From assembly GCF_009914755.1 (NCBI RefSeq), contig NC_060941.1: a DNA stretch of 64,000 bases; one strand, 5' to 3'. Positions 16,739-30,950 of this stretch are shown here, in pieces. This DNA is from the human T2T-CHM13v2.0 reference genome, Homo sapiens. The position numbers and the translations under genes were made by a program. The notes below the pieces were generated by a model. That model made no database searches. It was given only the letters and a program-made list of their open reading frames with translations, and had not been told where the DNA came from. Position 1 is the stretch's first letter. The number at the start of each line of letters is the position of its first letter.

Positions 16739-17669
16739 TAAAAAGGAAGAAGAGGGGAAGTGAGAAAAGTGGCATATTCACTTAACATTTACTGAAGGAT
16801 TTATGCATCCAACATTATGAGGCAAAAAAAATAAAGTTAGACACTGTCACTAACTTTGCAGAGAGATAAAATTTAATATAATGTGATAAGAGAGAAAGAG
16901 CCTGGAAAGGAGTGGAATGGAATTTCCAGGCAGAAAGAAAAGAATGGTAAAGCTAGACTCCCAAACAAAAGGGCTTGACTTTTGTGAAGAACAGGGATAC
17001 CTGCCATATGGCAGAGGCATAAGGCAAAGTGAACCGGAGCAAGGGGTGCAGATGTATGTTCTAGATAACACGGTAAAGGCAGGCATTGGGAATGGATTAT
17101 GAAGTTTCTGGTATCCAAAATTAGACACCCTAATTTGTGCACTCATATCTTTCCTCTACTGTACTTTTCACAACTGTGAGTCATGTTTAATTTCCTAGCA
17201 ATCACATATTCCACTAGTCCATCACTTTCCCAATCCCCAAATCTCCAAAGCTTCCATCTGTAGGATCACCCTCAGATTATGACCTTGAATCCTACTTTAC
17301 TGAGAAAACTGAAGCAATTAAAAGAGATTTCCAAAATCCACCACAAAGTAATGTTATACATTTCAACAATGTGCCATTTCAGCCTAAACTGAAGACTGAT
17401 TTCATTACAACTCTGAAACACAAGAAATTAAATGCAATCTGGTATTAGCTACACTTTTAAACTAAGATATTTTTGGAATGAGAAATTAGGAACATATCTG
17501 GCACATGAAACAAACTCCTGCCTAGCTACATCATTTGCTTCTCAATCAATGAAATAAAAGCACTACAAAATATGCCTTTTAGCTTAAAAAGGGATAAATT
17601 ATAAATGCTCTCATCTTCTTTATTGCTTTAAAATTTACTGTAAGGTGGTGCAATAATAAAACAAAATGC

Positions 17670-17968
<299 letters not shown>

Positions 17969-18269
17969 TTAACCTAAATTTTATCACAGTGTTTCTTGCT
18001 GAGGGAGAAAATAACAATGCAATGGTACACAGAGGACAAGTCATCCAATAAATTTTCTTATGCATAATAGGTCCTTAAAAGCTTGCCCTTAAAACTATTT
18101 TTAATCCAACTAATTTACATACTAGAAAAGTTATGACTTAGTACAATATCATAAAATTCTTTTATGCAATCACCCTCTCAACTAAACTCAAGGACAGAGA
18201 TTATAAATTGTATTCATATCGGTACTCTTGGCACATAGTATGGTATCTGGAATGTAAAAGACATGCAAC

Positions 18270-18455
18270 AAACCAGCCTGGGCAATATAGCAAGACTTCG
18301 TCTCTGAAAAACAAATAAAAAATTACCTGGGCGCAGTGACACACGCCTGTAGCCCCAGCTATTCAGCAGGGTCCCTAGAGTCCAGACGTTCAAGGCTGCA
18401 GTGAACTTTGATCGCACCACTGCACTCTAGCCCGAGACGCTGTCTCTTTAAAAAT
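18270..18455 (+). mobile_element. 5'-truncated Alu with TSD
   Basis: TSD aaaagacatgcaa at ~18256 and ~18456. Confidence 0.85.
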
Positions 18456-19299
18456 AAAAGACATGCAATACACATGGAATGTACTAATAAATTTGCTCTT
18501 ATAGTGAATGTAAGATTTCCCTACACTAAATCTGTTTGAAAGGAAATATACTCAAACAGCACATATGCAAAGATTAACGCCTCTTTAGTTTGATTTTAAC
18601 ACAAATACCCACAAAGCCCTAACTGCCCTAATAATGTTCCCTACTATGGAGTCTTCCCTAAAACACATACAATATTGCTCTCCCGGCAAACACAAAATAT
18701 ACTAAATAAAGCACCAGAATTAGGGTCTGGCAGCCCGGGTTGGAATCTCAACTCCATCCTTTTACTAGCTGAGACCTTAATAAGTTACTTAACCTCTTTG
18801 AGGCCCATTCTCCACACCTGCCCAACTGGAATAACCCCCTCCAATCCTACAGGGTTGCTGTCAGAATGAAAAGAGCTAATACCGAGCCTGGCTTAAAGCT
18901 GTAGTCCAGCAAATACTCCTCTTCCCTTAGATTCCTTCAGAACGCCCTTGTAGAAAGTAAACGTGGTTATTATCTTCATTATTTTCGGACTTATTTATTT
19001 AAAACGTAAATCGAAGCCTGAGGAGCCCAGGGGAAAACCTCCTTCAGCTTAATAGCTCCAGCCTGCCCAGCTTTCCGATCCAATTAAGTATTTCCATGCC
19101 TGGAGCTCCTATTCGTGTTTTAGGATCAGGGAATTTCCCTCCCAAACTGTGTCATGAGATCTGCGCATTTTCTTCTCACTGAAACTCCTTTTAACACGCA
19201 AGGTAATGATCCGCGCGTAACCTCGCAGGGAAGAGCAAGCGCTCATTACCCAGCTGTTCAGACGGAAATTTACATCAATATTTGTTTTCCTTCTTTCCC

Positions 19300-20330
19300 T
19301 GAGGTTGCTGAGGGTGGAACGACAGCGTCCAGGCAAAGGCAGTGTCCCGAAGTCCCACGGCCGGACCCGGTCCCAGGGGAGCCTCGCGGAGCCCCCGCCG
19401 CAGGGCCCCGACCCCCTCACGTCCGCATCCTGGGCGCTCCCACCGCATCCCCGAGGCTGGCAACCCGCGCTTCCCGGGAGCTGAGGGAGGTCTGTTTCCC
19501 TCAGCTCGCCGCCTCTGCCCGCTTCCGAGCCCGCTTCACCCCACACCTCAGACGCCGAACTCCCCTTCTCTCCCCGCCGTCCCTCGCTGGCCAGCCCCTC
19601 CTCGTCCCCTCAACTCCCCCAGGGACGGCTGTCCCAGGCTAGCCTCAAGCGCCGCCGCCGCCCGCGACGCCCGCCTCACCTCAGGGCCCGAGCCGCAGAG
19701 CTGTCAGGCCTGGACGCGCTCAGTCTGTTGACTCAGTGCGGGTGACCCAGCTGGGATCTGTGCGAGGGCGCGGCCGCGCGCACCCGCGCGCTCCTGGCGC
19801 AGGCAGAGCTGGCGGCGCCGAAGTCGCGCCCCGCCTCCTGCAGAGCGCACCTGAGGGCGGGGCTCCTAGAAAGCGCCGCTCCGCGTACGGGCGCGCTTCA
19901 GACGCTCGGCCCCGCGCGTCCCGGCGCACGCAGGCAAGCAGCGCGCCCGGAAGAGGAGAGCGGCTGAGGGTGGGGCGAGCGGTGGCGCGCCGCTGCCCAG
20001 GGCCCCTGAGCCACTAGAGTCGGGCCTCGTGGCTCTTCCCCAGGGCCTCCCACGCCTGGGTTCTGCGGGGATCTCGCCACGCTCTTTCTGGAGGCAGGGG
20101 CAAAAACCACGGCCTCGTGTCTCAGTGGTAAACCTGCCGCCTCTTAGCGGGTGACCTTGGCCCACGGCCCTCTCCTCATCTGCCTCGCCCAGTCACGTCT
20201 CCTCTTAAGCATCCTTGCCGTCTGTCTCCTGGCATTTGGATGGGCCTCTCTGAACGCGTTTTGAGTCCTCTGCAGCCCCGCTTCCTCCCGCCGCGGCATC
20301 TGGAGTGCTGTGGCCCCGTTTCCGTAACTC
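19300..20330. promoter_or_regulatory. CpG island / ABCA5 promoter
   Basis: Abrupt GC- and CpG-rich block in an AT-rich background. GC boxes (gccccgcctcc ~19828, gggcgggg ~19856), GCGC-rich NRF1-like tracts, AP-1 TGACTCA at 19729-19735. No TATA seen. Confidence 0.92.
19680..19765 (-). other. ABCA5: ABCA5 non-coding exon 1 (5'UTR); TSS position approximate
   Basis: Strong donor CCTGAG|gtgagg at 19680/19679 inside the CpG island. No ATG in the exon. The 5' end is inferred, not visible in the sequence. Confidence 0.8.
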
Positions 20331-20863
20331 TTGCCTCCCCTCCCCAGCCTCCTCATTCGCCCTCACACCCCGACCTGGGAGGTCCTCCCACTGAGGGTGC
20401 TTGTAGTTCGCGGAGTGTCCTCATCAAAGACTGGGAATGCGGCAGATGCTGAATTTTCCAAACGGCCTGAGACACATGACATCTGTGAGAGACTGGATAC
20501 TGCACTTACTTTGCTAAAAATATAATCTAGTGTTTTGAGCTTCATTACTCAAAGTGACCTAAATGGGGTCAAAAGTTATTAACACTAACATTACGTATTT
20601 TCCTCTCCACATTTCTGTATAGTCACATTCCCTTGCACAAAGACTTTTTTTTTATTCTGTCAATCCTGTGTACATCATGTATTTTTTTTTTACTTGTCTT
20701 TGTGTTATCTGCTTCTCGAATTTAAACCAGATCTCCCCAACATGCACTCTGCTTTCTAAATTCTTAGGGGAAAAACAAACAAACAAGGAATCAAGTTTTA
20801 CTTATGGAATATGAATTAAATAGAAAATTCAAAGAGGTTCGTCAGAATCCTTGATGATTAAAA

Positions 20864-21387
20864 CAGCGGTCCCCAACCTTTTGGGCACCAGGGACCAGTT
20901 TCATGGAAGACAGTTTTTTCTGGGGGAGGGAGGATGGTTTGGGGATGATTCAAGCACATTATATTTACTGTGCACTTTATTTCTACTGTTACTACACTGT
21001 AATATGTAATGAAATAATTATACAACTCACCATAATGTAGAATCAGTGGGAGCCATGAGCTTGTTTTCTTGCAACTAGACAGTCTCATCTGGGGGTGATG
21101 GGAGACAGTGACAGATCATCAGGCATTAGATTCTCATAAGGAGCACGCAACCTAAATCCCTCACATGCGCAGTTCACAATAGGGTTCTCGCTCCTATCAC
21201 AATCTAATGCCACTGCTGATCTGACAGGAAACGGAGTTCAGGCCCTAATGCCAGCCATGGGGGGCCCCTGTAAATACAGATAAAGCTGCACTCACTTGCC
21301 CTCCGCTCACCTCCTGCTGTGCTGCTTGGTTCCTCGCAGGCCACAGATCCCGGTAGCAGTCTCTGGCCTGGGGATTGGGGACCCCTG
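20864..21387. mobile_element. MER1A-like hAT-Charlie DNA transposon (MITE), full length
   Basis: TIRs cagcggtccccaa ... ttggggacccctg; perfect 8-bp TSD gattaaaa (20856-20863 / 21388-21395); 524 bp. Confidence 0.93.
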
Positions 21388-21944
21388 GATTAAAAGATCT
21401 AGCAATGGGGATGGGGGAAAGGGAGATAAGTATATTCAAAAAACTACACCAGGAAACTAAAGAAGGCATGTAATGAAAACTATCCCTGATATATTCTGTC
21501 TCTTTTGGAAACATCTAGAACATTTTAGTTACAAATTCTCAATGGCCTAGGATTTGGGGCCAAGTAAAGAAATATACATGAAAGATAAACTTGGTTAACA
21601 TGTTACTGAACCATACTTTCACCCCAACACTTCTCACTAGTAGCCTTAACCTGCCTTAACTTCAGAAGTCTACTCATTTCTACTACTATTCTAGGCATTT
21701 ATTTCTTACATTTCTTATCCTTGTAATGTTCTCTGTCATTCATTCTGTCTGCTCATGCTTTTACTCTTGTTTCTAAATGACATGACCAAAACCCAATTCT
21801 CCAAAAATCTCATCACCCTGGACAAAATGATCTCACTCTCCTCCCAATTGCCTACATACTACCATCTTGTTCACATCATTTTATTTACTTACCATCTCTT
21901 CAATTAAATTGTAAATAGTCTTAGGTTAAGAGCTTTTTCTTGAC

Positions 21945-22265
21945 TTGTCTTTTTCTTTTCTTTTCTTTCTTTCTTTATTTTTGTGACAAAGTTTTGCTCT
22001 GTCACCCAGGCTGGAGTGCAGTGCCATGATCACAGCTCACTGCAACCTCTACCTCCCAGGTCCAAGTGATCCTTCCATCTCAGCCTCCTAAGTAGCTGGG
22101 ACTACAGGTGCATGCCACCACACAGGCTAGTTTTTGTATTTTGTTGTAGAGACAGGGTTTTTCCATGTTGCCTAGGCTGGTATCAAGCTCCTGGGCTCAA
22201 GTGATTCTCTGTCCTTGGCCTCCAAAAGTACTGGGATTACGGGCCTGAGCCATAGCACCCAGGCG
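21945..22265 (-). mobile_element. Alu (J-like)
   Basis: Reverse Alu with a CT-rich tail. Confidence 0.9.
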
Positions 22266-22488
22266 AAAGCTTCTTCTTATACCGATTTAAATTTCCAAGT
22301 CCTATGCATCATAGTATACAGTAAATATTATTAATGCTTCCAATGAGAAAACACATATAATAAGCAAGAATATTCAAATATTTTCATTTCCCCCACAAAA
22401 TGTCACCACCCACTCAACAAGGGCTACCTACTCATAAAAGGGAAGATATCAAATTCCCCTTATAGGATGAATGACAAAATTATGATGG

Positions 22489-22843
22489 TGATATTGTTTG
22501 GCTCTGTGTCTCCAACCAAATCTCACCTTTAATTGTAATACTTCCCACATGTCAAAGGTGACCAGGAGGAGACAATTGAATCCTGGGGACAGTTTTCCCC
22601 ATGCTGTTCTCATGATAGAGGGTGAGTTCTTACAAGATCTGATGGTTTTATAAGGGGCTTCCCCCTTCACTCGGCACTCATTCTCTCTCCTGCTGCCCTG
22701 TGAAGAGGTGCCTTCTACCATGATTGTAAGTTTCCTGAGGCTTCCCTCACCATGTGAAACTGTGAGTCAATTAAACCTCTTTTCTTTATAAATTCCCTAA
22801 TCTTGGGTATGTACTTATAGCTGCCTGAGAACAGACTAATACA
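22489..22843 (+). mobile_element. THE1-family MaLR solo LTR
   Basis: Starts tgatattgtttggctctgtgtc, ends gaacagactaataca. 5-bp TSD gatgg/gatgt; ~355 bp. Confidence 0.9.
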
Positions 22844-25384
22844 GATGTAATGCAGTTGTAAGAATAATTTAACAGAGGGAATACTAAATAAGACCTATTA
22901 ATAAAAAGATTGCCACAAATTGATGTATGGACCCTGACATATTTTACTGTCTGTTTGAACAGGTTATTTATCAAACTATTTGTACCTTGTAAACAATGTA
23001 GCCATATAATCTCAATCTAAATTTCCATAGTTACCAGGTCCCAGTACTAAGTAAGCAGCTTCAGGGAAGATGTTCCTTTCTGAGCTTCCGTATCTAGGAA
23101 AGGGAAACAAGCCATACTGATGGGTTGCCATGGTGGCAATTCTAGTCCCCACATCTCATTAATACATTTCTTAGACAAATAAATCAGATGGGAATACATA
23201 AATCATGGGAGTTGTAGATTGAGATTTCACAAGTTGCCTAGCTGTACAAAATTAATGGTGAACCGGAATTTTGACAGTATTTAATGTAGAGTAAGAGAAT
23301 AAGGCTTGCTACCCTAGATACGAACCTACAACCTACCCTCCTCCTGCTGGTGAACAATGAATTCTATTTGTGTTACTTTTTAATTTGCTAGACATCAAAG
23401 CCTTATTTAATGGAGTCTCTATGCCATTTTTGCCAAAATTAAGAGCAAAATTGTTAAATTGTTACAGCACCTTTTTTACTATCAACTTAGTACATTAATT
23501 TGCATGATTAAAATACATTGAAAATTACATGACTATTTTTTAAAATCTGTGATTATTAAATGCTATTATTTGTTTTTAAACATTTAACATTTCTACAAGG
23601 GTAAAAAAAGGTTTCAAGAGAAATGATGTGGTTTATATATTCAGAGTTTAGATTCAGTATTCGCTATTTCAAATTGGTACGTTTGTCTAGAATGAGTTAA
23701 AACATATAAAGAAATGCAGCCTTGGCTGAAAAAGTAGGCAGGGAATCAAGCAGCTTTACCAGTAAATAGAATTCCAAACTAGCATATCAAATGTGGCTGA
23801 AATTGTTATTAAATAGCTCAGTAATATGATTAATTGATAATTGTTGGAGGGTTACAGGGGAGGGATTGGAGAAGAGAATGACTTCTAAAGGTAGTTTTAG
23901 TTTGATTTTTATTATTACTACTAATATTATTATTACTATTGTTTTTATTACAACAAAAATAATTTTAAGTATTTTACCCTTTTTGTTTCTCCAAACAGAA
24001 AAATTAGTCAAAGAGACTGATATTTGAAGAATGTACAGCCAAATTTGTTGTTTAAAACTTAACCAACCAACAAGTATTTATTAAGTGTCCAGTATTCTTG
24101 TTTGGTAAAATCTCCCAACTTTCTAGGTGAACCAAACGAAAAAAGGTAAAGAAATCAACAATTGTTCTGAGAGTTTTTTTAAAAATACTATAAAAGCATC
24201 AAATAAGGAAGATAATATTTCTTCCACTGTTAAATTATGTGGTGCAAATTATAAAATGCTGTAGAGAAATCTTTGAGAACTAGAGATACCTGTTAACTTC
24301 AAGAGGGAAAAATGGGAAGATTGGTTTAATTAGAGTGAAGAATTATAATAGAGGGCAGAGAGAAATAAACCTTCATAAATTTTTATAAACACAGTTCGTA
24401 ATTTACCTAAGAGAATAATGTAAACATTAAAGAGAAATTTGACTCAAGTTTTCTTTTCTTTTCCTTTTCAGTAAAGAAAATGGACTTTACGTTGGTAAAG
24501 GTGAAACAACATACAAAGAGGACTGAAACTTGAGACAGGTGAGGAGGTAGTAAGAAAACACCCATCTGTTTCAAATAAGTTCATGTTTCCAGGGACAAAT
24601 TACGTCCCACAGCTGTTTACAAGTAACCTAAGATCTATTGCTGGTGAGTTCTGAGAAACTGTAAAAAAGGAAAAAGATGATAGATCACTTGCTTAAAACA
24701 TGGTGAAAAGGTAGACATTGAAAACTGTAGAACAGAAAAGTAAAACTCCAGAGTCCATAGTTAAATGTATTAGAATTTGGTGGTCACTCGGAACCAGACT
24801 GACTAAAATAAGACAAGTCACACCACACTTCTTTATTTGATCTTTGAGAGAAGATGGAATGTTATGGCCATGATATAAATTAATTTCAGCAAAGCATTTA
24901 ATCCAGTCTTTCATATCTTTGTGGATGTGCCTAAAATAGGGGCCTGATTTAATTATGATTAGGTAAATTCAAAATTAGTTGGATAACTGTACCCTGATTT
25001 TTGTTCATATTTTTCATAAATTACATAGGTGAAGAAATCATTGTGGTCAAATCAACAGGTGAAACAAAAACTACATAGCATAGCAAATATGACTGAAGAC
25101 AGAACCAGAAAACAAAATTATTTTAACAATTTGAACTGTGAGCTAAAACCTAAAAGATAAAATTTAACATAAATATATGAAAATGTCTGCATTCAAGTTG
25201 AAAAATACAATAGCACAAGTACAAAGTGGGATGGGTTGTAGCTTAGCCATGCGAAAAACATTCAGAGGTTTTAGTGTCTGCCAAGATCAATGTGAGGATA
25301 GCCTGAAGTTATACCTCTAACACTTCCATTTGAAAATACTGCCCTACCTTCCTCCTCCCTTTCATCCCCTTGCCAATATTCCCC

Positions 25385-26200
25385 TGGAATAGGCAGAATA
25401 ATGATCCCCACCCCCACTCGTCCTAATCCCTGGAACCTGTGAATATGTTCATTTATGTGGAGAAATGGATTTAAGATTGGAGATGGAATTAAGGTTGCTA
25501 ATTAGCTGATCTTAAAATCAAGGAGATTTTCCTTGATTATCTCAGTGGATGCAATATAATCACAAAGGTTTTTAAAAGTAAAAGAGAGAGGCAGAAGAGG
25601 AGACTAGAATTATGTGATGGGAGAACTCAATCCACCACTGCTGGCAGTGAAGATGGAGGAAGGGATGTGGATGGCCTCTAGAAGTTGGAAAAGGCCGGGA
25701 AACGGATTATCCCTTAGAACCTCCAGGAAGGAACAGAGAGCCCTGGGAACACCTTGACTTTATCGCAGAGAGATCTGTGTGTTGAACTTCTGTTTGTTTG
25801 TTTGTTTGTTTGTTTTTGAGACAGGTTCTCACTCCGTCGCCTAATCTGGAGTGCAGTGAGGAAATCATAGCTCACTGCAGCCCCAATTTTCTGGGCTCAA
25901 GCGATTCTCCTGCCTCAGCATCCTAAGTAGCTGGGATTGTAGGTGCATGCCACCCATCCAACTAATTTTTTAATTTTCTGTAGTGATGGGGGTCTTACTG
26001 TGTTGCCCAGGCTGGTCTTGAATGCCTGGGCTCAAGCCATTCTCCTGCATCAGCCTCCCAAAGTGCTGGGATTACAGGCGTGAGCCACTGTGCCCCACCT
26101 GTATTGGACTTCTAACCTACAGAACTGTAATAATAAGTTTGTGTTGTTTTAAATCACTAAAGGCTGTGGCAATTTGTCAGGGAAGCAAGAGAAAAGCTAG
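25385..26200 (+). mobile_element. MLT1 (D-like) LTR interrupted by a reverse Alu (25790-26098)
   Basis: MLT1 text (ctaatccctggaacctgtgaatatgtt ... agaactgtaataataagtttgtgttgttttaa) resumes after the Alu. Confidence 0.82.
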
Positions 26201-27168
26201 TACACTTTTTATATTGTATTTTCCTTCTCTGCATTGCAATGCTGTGCTTATTTAGCATCCACATGTCCTTTCTTCTCTCTTGTCTCTCTAAGGAAGCAAC
26301 ATGATGCCATAGAAGGGACAATAACTATTACTTAGATGTTGTGGATTTAGAAACTTAGTAACTGATGTGACTCCATGATCATATATTACTCATGGTTAGT
26401 TTCCATAATCACTGTTTCCTAATTTGTAAAACAGAAATCTAAAATAGCTTCCTTCTTTGACTCTGTGCTGCTTCAAAGAACTTATGAGATGAGGTATAGG
26501 AAATAATAAAATCCAACTGTTGAGCATGTAATATGTGCTGCATACTCTTCTATATGCTTTATGTGTAGCCTTTTATTTGATCTCTGCAATGATATGTGAG
26601 CTGTGAACTATTATTTTTTCTTCACCGAGGTAGAGAAGTACTCTGAAAACTATAAAGTACCAGAAATTATAAATAAATGGATGTCCTGTAGGGAATCAAT
26701 GTACAATGAAGAAAAAAAGTTTTTTCAACTAATAATTTTCTGGAAACTTTTTGTTTTCTTAAACTTTACTGATACTAGCTTTCGATATTTGTACCTTGAA
26801 CATTTCCATCACAGTTATTCTCTTTCTTCATTAATCTGTCCATTCATTCTGTAAATATTTGTGAATTACCTATTACATGTCAGGTACTATCCTAAGCCTT
26901 TGGGATAGAACAGTGGATGAAACAGACATGGCTCTAGCTGTTTAGGATTATTGATTGCAATGAGGGCTATAAAATGGGAAGTGACAAAGAAGTGTGGTCA
27001 GTAGCATCATGGGAATAGTGGTCCATAGAAGGACATTGGTGATTCATCTAATACAGACCTGGGGTGTCAAGGAACATTGTTTAGAGGAAGACATATCTAA
27101 AGATTTGAAGGCTAAGTAGGAGTTAGGCAAAGTGGAAGCAGAGAAAATTCCAAAAGAATAGTTACCTT

Positions 27169-27466
27169 CGCCGGGCACAGTGGCTCATGCCTGTAATCCC
27201 AGCACTTTGGGAGGCCAAGGCGGGCGGATCACCTGAGGTCGGGAGGTTGAGACCAGCCTGACCAACATGGAGAAACCCCGTCTCTACCAAAAATACAAAA
27301 TTAGCTGGGTGTGGTGGCGCATGCCTGTAATCCCACTTACTCAAGAGGCTGAGGCTGGAGAATTGCTTGAAACTGGGAGGTGGAGGTTGCGGTGAGCCGA
27401 GATTGAGCCGTTACACACCAGCCTGGGCAACAAGAGCAAAACTCCATCTCAAAAAAAAAAAAAAAA
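27169..27466 (+). mobile_element. Alu (Sp-like)
   Basis: TSD ~aatagttaccttc on both sides. Confidence 0.93.
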
Positions 27467-27829
27467 GAAATAGTTACCTTCAGTATTTCTGCCTCTTCGT
27501 CATTTACATTGACTTTCTTTTTCTCTCTCTCTCTCTTTAAACTCAAGTAGATCCTTCTTTAAGTTTTATTCCCAAAATATAATTTGATATTAACTTCTTG
27601 TAAAATTTTCAAACATTTCATATTTAATAAGCTCTTTATAACCCATGTTTGTCTGATCTCACATTCTTTTAATCCAATAATCAAGCAATGTTTGATTAAA
27701 GGGTACTTTATTTCCCTATTCAAGTAGAACATGGCCTTCTGTTATTAGCTAATTATAATATAAATAAAATTCAAAATAAACAAGCAAATGTTTCCTGTAT
27801 AATTTCATTCTTGTGGTTGCTTTCCTTTG

Positions 27830-27843
27830 CCACTAGATGGTAC
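27830..27843 (+). promoter_or_regulatory. Candidate CTCF site
   Basis: CCACTAGATGGTAC versus the CTCF core CCASYAGRKGGCRS (one mismatch). Confidence 0.55.
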
Positions 27844-28759
27844 TTGTATGCCTGAGAGACCAAAATGCTGATTCCGTTTACCTTCCTGGAAACTGTAAAA
27901 CTAACCAATCAGAGGATCAGGTCATTGAGAAGAAGAAACTTGCCCAACCTAAGATGTAAGTGATCCCGGTTTTTAAATTTATCCTTAAAAATTAACCCAA
28001 CATTATCTTTTCTCTTTAGATAAATATGACAGTAAAACATTTTAAATTAAATTAGCTTTAATTTTTGCCCATTTTTTACCAACCCCCATACCCCTTTTTT
28101 TTTTTACATTTCTTTACTTTTACTTTCTAATGATACTGCTTTTCTAACATCCTAACCTGGAAAATTGGATTACTTGTTCCTTATTGGAGGCCCTCCACCC
28201 TCCAAGCTCCTTGTCTAAGCTAATGCTTTTCTTTCTACTTTGAAAAGCCACTACCTCCCTTCTGACCCCTCCCTCATAGTTTTTATTTTCAGAAATCCTA
28301 GTCATTCTTCAAGGCACATTTCAACTAGTACCACTATCATGAAGTTTTTCCTGTTACTATTACTTGAAAATGCCTTCTTCTGATTCCTTTTCCATTCTTC
28401 TAACAATTTTAGTAATTTGTTTGATAATACGTGTAATGTATTATTCTAAAGAGCTATATGCATCTCCATAGCAATTAGGCTTCCTGCATTGTGATTATTT
28501 ATGAAATTTACTTAATCTCTGTACTATACAATGTTTGCCTCTTGAGTGCAGAGACTGTCTTAGTAGTCTATATATCCTGAAATATTTTACATATTATTAT
28601 TTATTGAATTGGGTTTAATGTTAATATCCATAAGACTATTGCAAAAAACTCTAAGAATAACAAAATAATACGGTGATTCTTAATGGTAGTCTCATGTGTG
28701 AGTTGGATGAAATTCATTAGCAAAACCTGTGGAATCAAATCATCTTTTCCCCATTTTCC

Positions 28760-30950
28760 CTTTTTTCCCATGGCATGAGACTCCTGCCTTCTCCAAATAT
28801 ATAGAAATAATGAATAGAGTATGAGTATTTTAAAATATAAAGCTGAGTTTAAAACAGAGACAGCAAAGGCTTCAGATACCAGAATTGAAGAAGAAATTCA
28901 AAGTCACAATAATAAGGTCCAGGAGCTGAGGTTTAACCCCATTTGGGACTAAAAGATGTGGTCCTAAAGCCACTTATGAGGATCTGGAACTAACATTCCT
29001 ACATAAACTAGAACCCTAAAGAGGTTTTCACTTTTTGAAGCCTTAGAAGTCTAGGATGAGTAGGGGTGAGAGTAATGGTTCCTGTGAATATTGAAAGCCT
29101 CTGCCAATGGAAATCTAATTTTACCTTATCATTTGAAAAGAGAATCCTAAGAAAGAGCCAGGCCCTATAGAAGCAAATATAAAATCCTTGATGAGGACAT
29201 ATACACAACTCAGGAAACAAAAGAATCCCACAGAATAAATGGCTTTCAGTAAAGGTGAGCTCTCAATAAAATTTGCACACTACACAAAGAAACAATCTAC
29301 CAAAAGGCATATGAGAAGACACAACAAATAGAAAAATCTGTGCCCCAACCACTTGAGTTAATAAAGCAATCTGACCACTAGGTGCAGTGACACACACCTG
29401 TAATCCCAACACTTTGGAGGTCCAAGGCAGGAGGATTGCTTGAGGCCTAGATTTGAGACCAGCCTGGGCAACATAGTGAGACCCTGTCTCTATCAAAAAC
29501 AAAACAAAACAAAACAAAAAAAAACCTGGAAGTGAATATCAAAGAAAAATCCATAAAATGATTAAAAACATAAAGGAAAATAAAAATCAAATGAAGGAAA
29601 AGTATAAGAAAAAATAAAAATATTTGAAAAAAGGAATTTATTGATCTATTAATAATTTTGATACTTATTGAACATCTGCAGAGTTCTAGCACTGTTCTGG
29701 GTTCCAAAGATAAAATAGTGAATAAGATACGTGAATTTCCTACTGTCATAGAGCTTATTTCTATTAAAAATAAAAAGCTCTACATATGGGTTAAATAGAT
29801 GGACTAGATACAGTGAAAGAGATAATTATTAAATTGGAAAATAAATCTGAAGAAATTATACAGAGGATTAAAAAATGGAGAGTATAAAAGTGAAGTTATA
29901 TCCTTAAGAGTATAATAACAAGATCTAACACATATTTAATAGAAGATCTAAAAAGAAAGAAAAGAAATAAAATGGAGGGGAGGCCTGATTCAAAGAGAAG
30001 ATAGCAGAGAATGTGTGAGATACAAAGATAGATATGAACCAGAATGCAGTAAGTCCTTAACAGGATACATGTTTTAAAAGAAATCAATATCAGAACACTT
30101 CTAGTTAAAATTAAAGAGCACCAAAACAAGAAAAACAATTCCTAAGAACAAAGCAAGAAAGAAAACATACCTATAGGCTGGGCATAGTACCTCACGCCTA
30201 TAATCCAACAATTTGGAAGGCCGAGGCAGGAGTATTACTTGAGCCCAAGTGTTCAAGACCAGCCTGGGCAACATGGAGTCTCCAAAATTAATAATTTAAA
30301 AAATTAGCTGGGCTTGGTGGCCCATGTCTGTCATCCCAGTTACTTGGGAGGCTGAACAGGAGGATCACTTGAGTCGGGGAAGTCAAGGCTACAGTGAGCC
30401 ATGATCTTGCCACCACACTCCAGCCTGAGTGACAGAGTAAGACCCTGTCTCAAACAACAACAACAATAACCTACCTATGAGGAAACAAAAATAAAATTGA
30501 CAATAAAAGTGCCACTAGTAAAAAGAAAGATTAAAATAAAATTTTTAAAGGGCTATGGGAAATTCTATTCTCAACTAAGCTGTCAAAATGAAAATGAGAA
30601 AAGTTGTCGGATAAAGACCACTAGAGTTTACCATTCACAGACGTAGGCTGAAACGACTACTGACAGATGTACTTCAAAAAGAAGGAAATTGAATCCAAAA
30701 GGAAGAAGCAAGATGTAAGAAGAAATATTGAACAAGGAAACTGAATAAAATTTGGAGAAACTAAGTATTGACATATAAATAATGTATTATAACCAAGAAA
30801 ATTAAGATGCTATAACATGAAAGAAGAGGAAGTCAGGTTGAAAATACTCTGTTTCTAAATTCCATTTTTTGAGAGGAGGCTACAGTTATTATTAATTTTG
30901 GAAATTGTAAATTGGAGTATGCATGTTAAAAATTTCAAGACATCTGTCAT
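28760..30950 (+). mobile_element. Highly diverged L1M/HAL1-like fragments with Alu inserts (29378-29524, 30176-30470)
   Basis: A-rich ORF1-like degenerate sequence. Confidence 0.55.

Noticed and set aside
19109-20545. Stack of overlapping ORFs in the CpG island
   Set aside because: GC-rich DNA is depleted of stop codons; the products are low-complexity P/R/A/G peptides with no recognisable domain.
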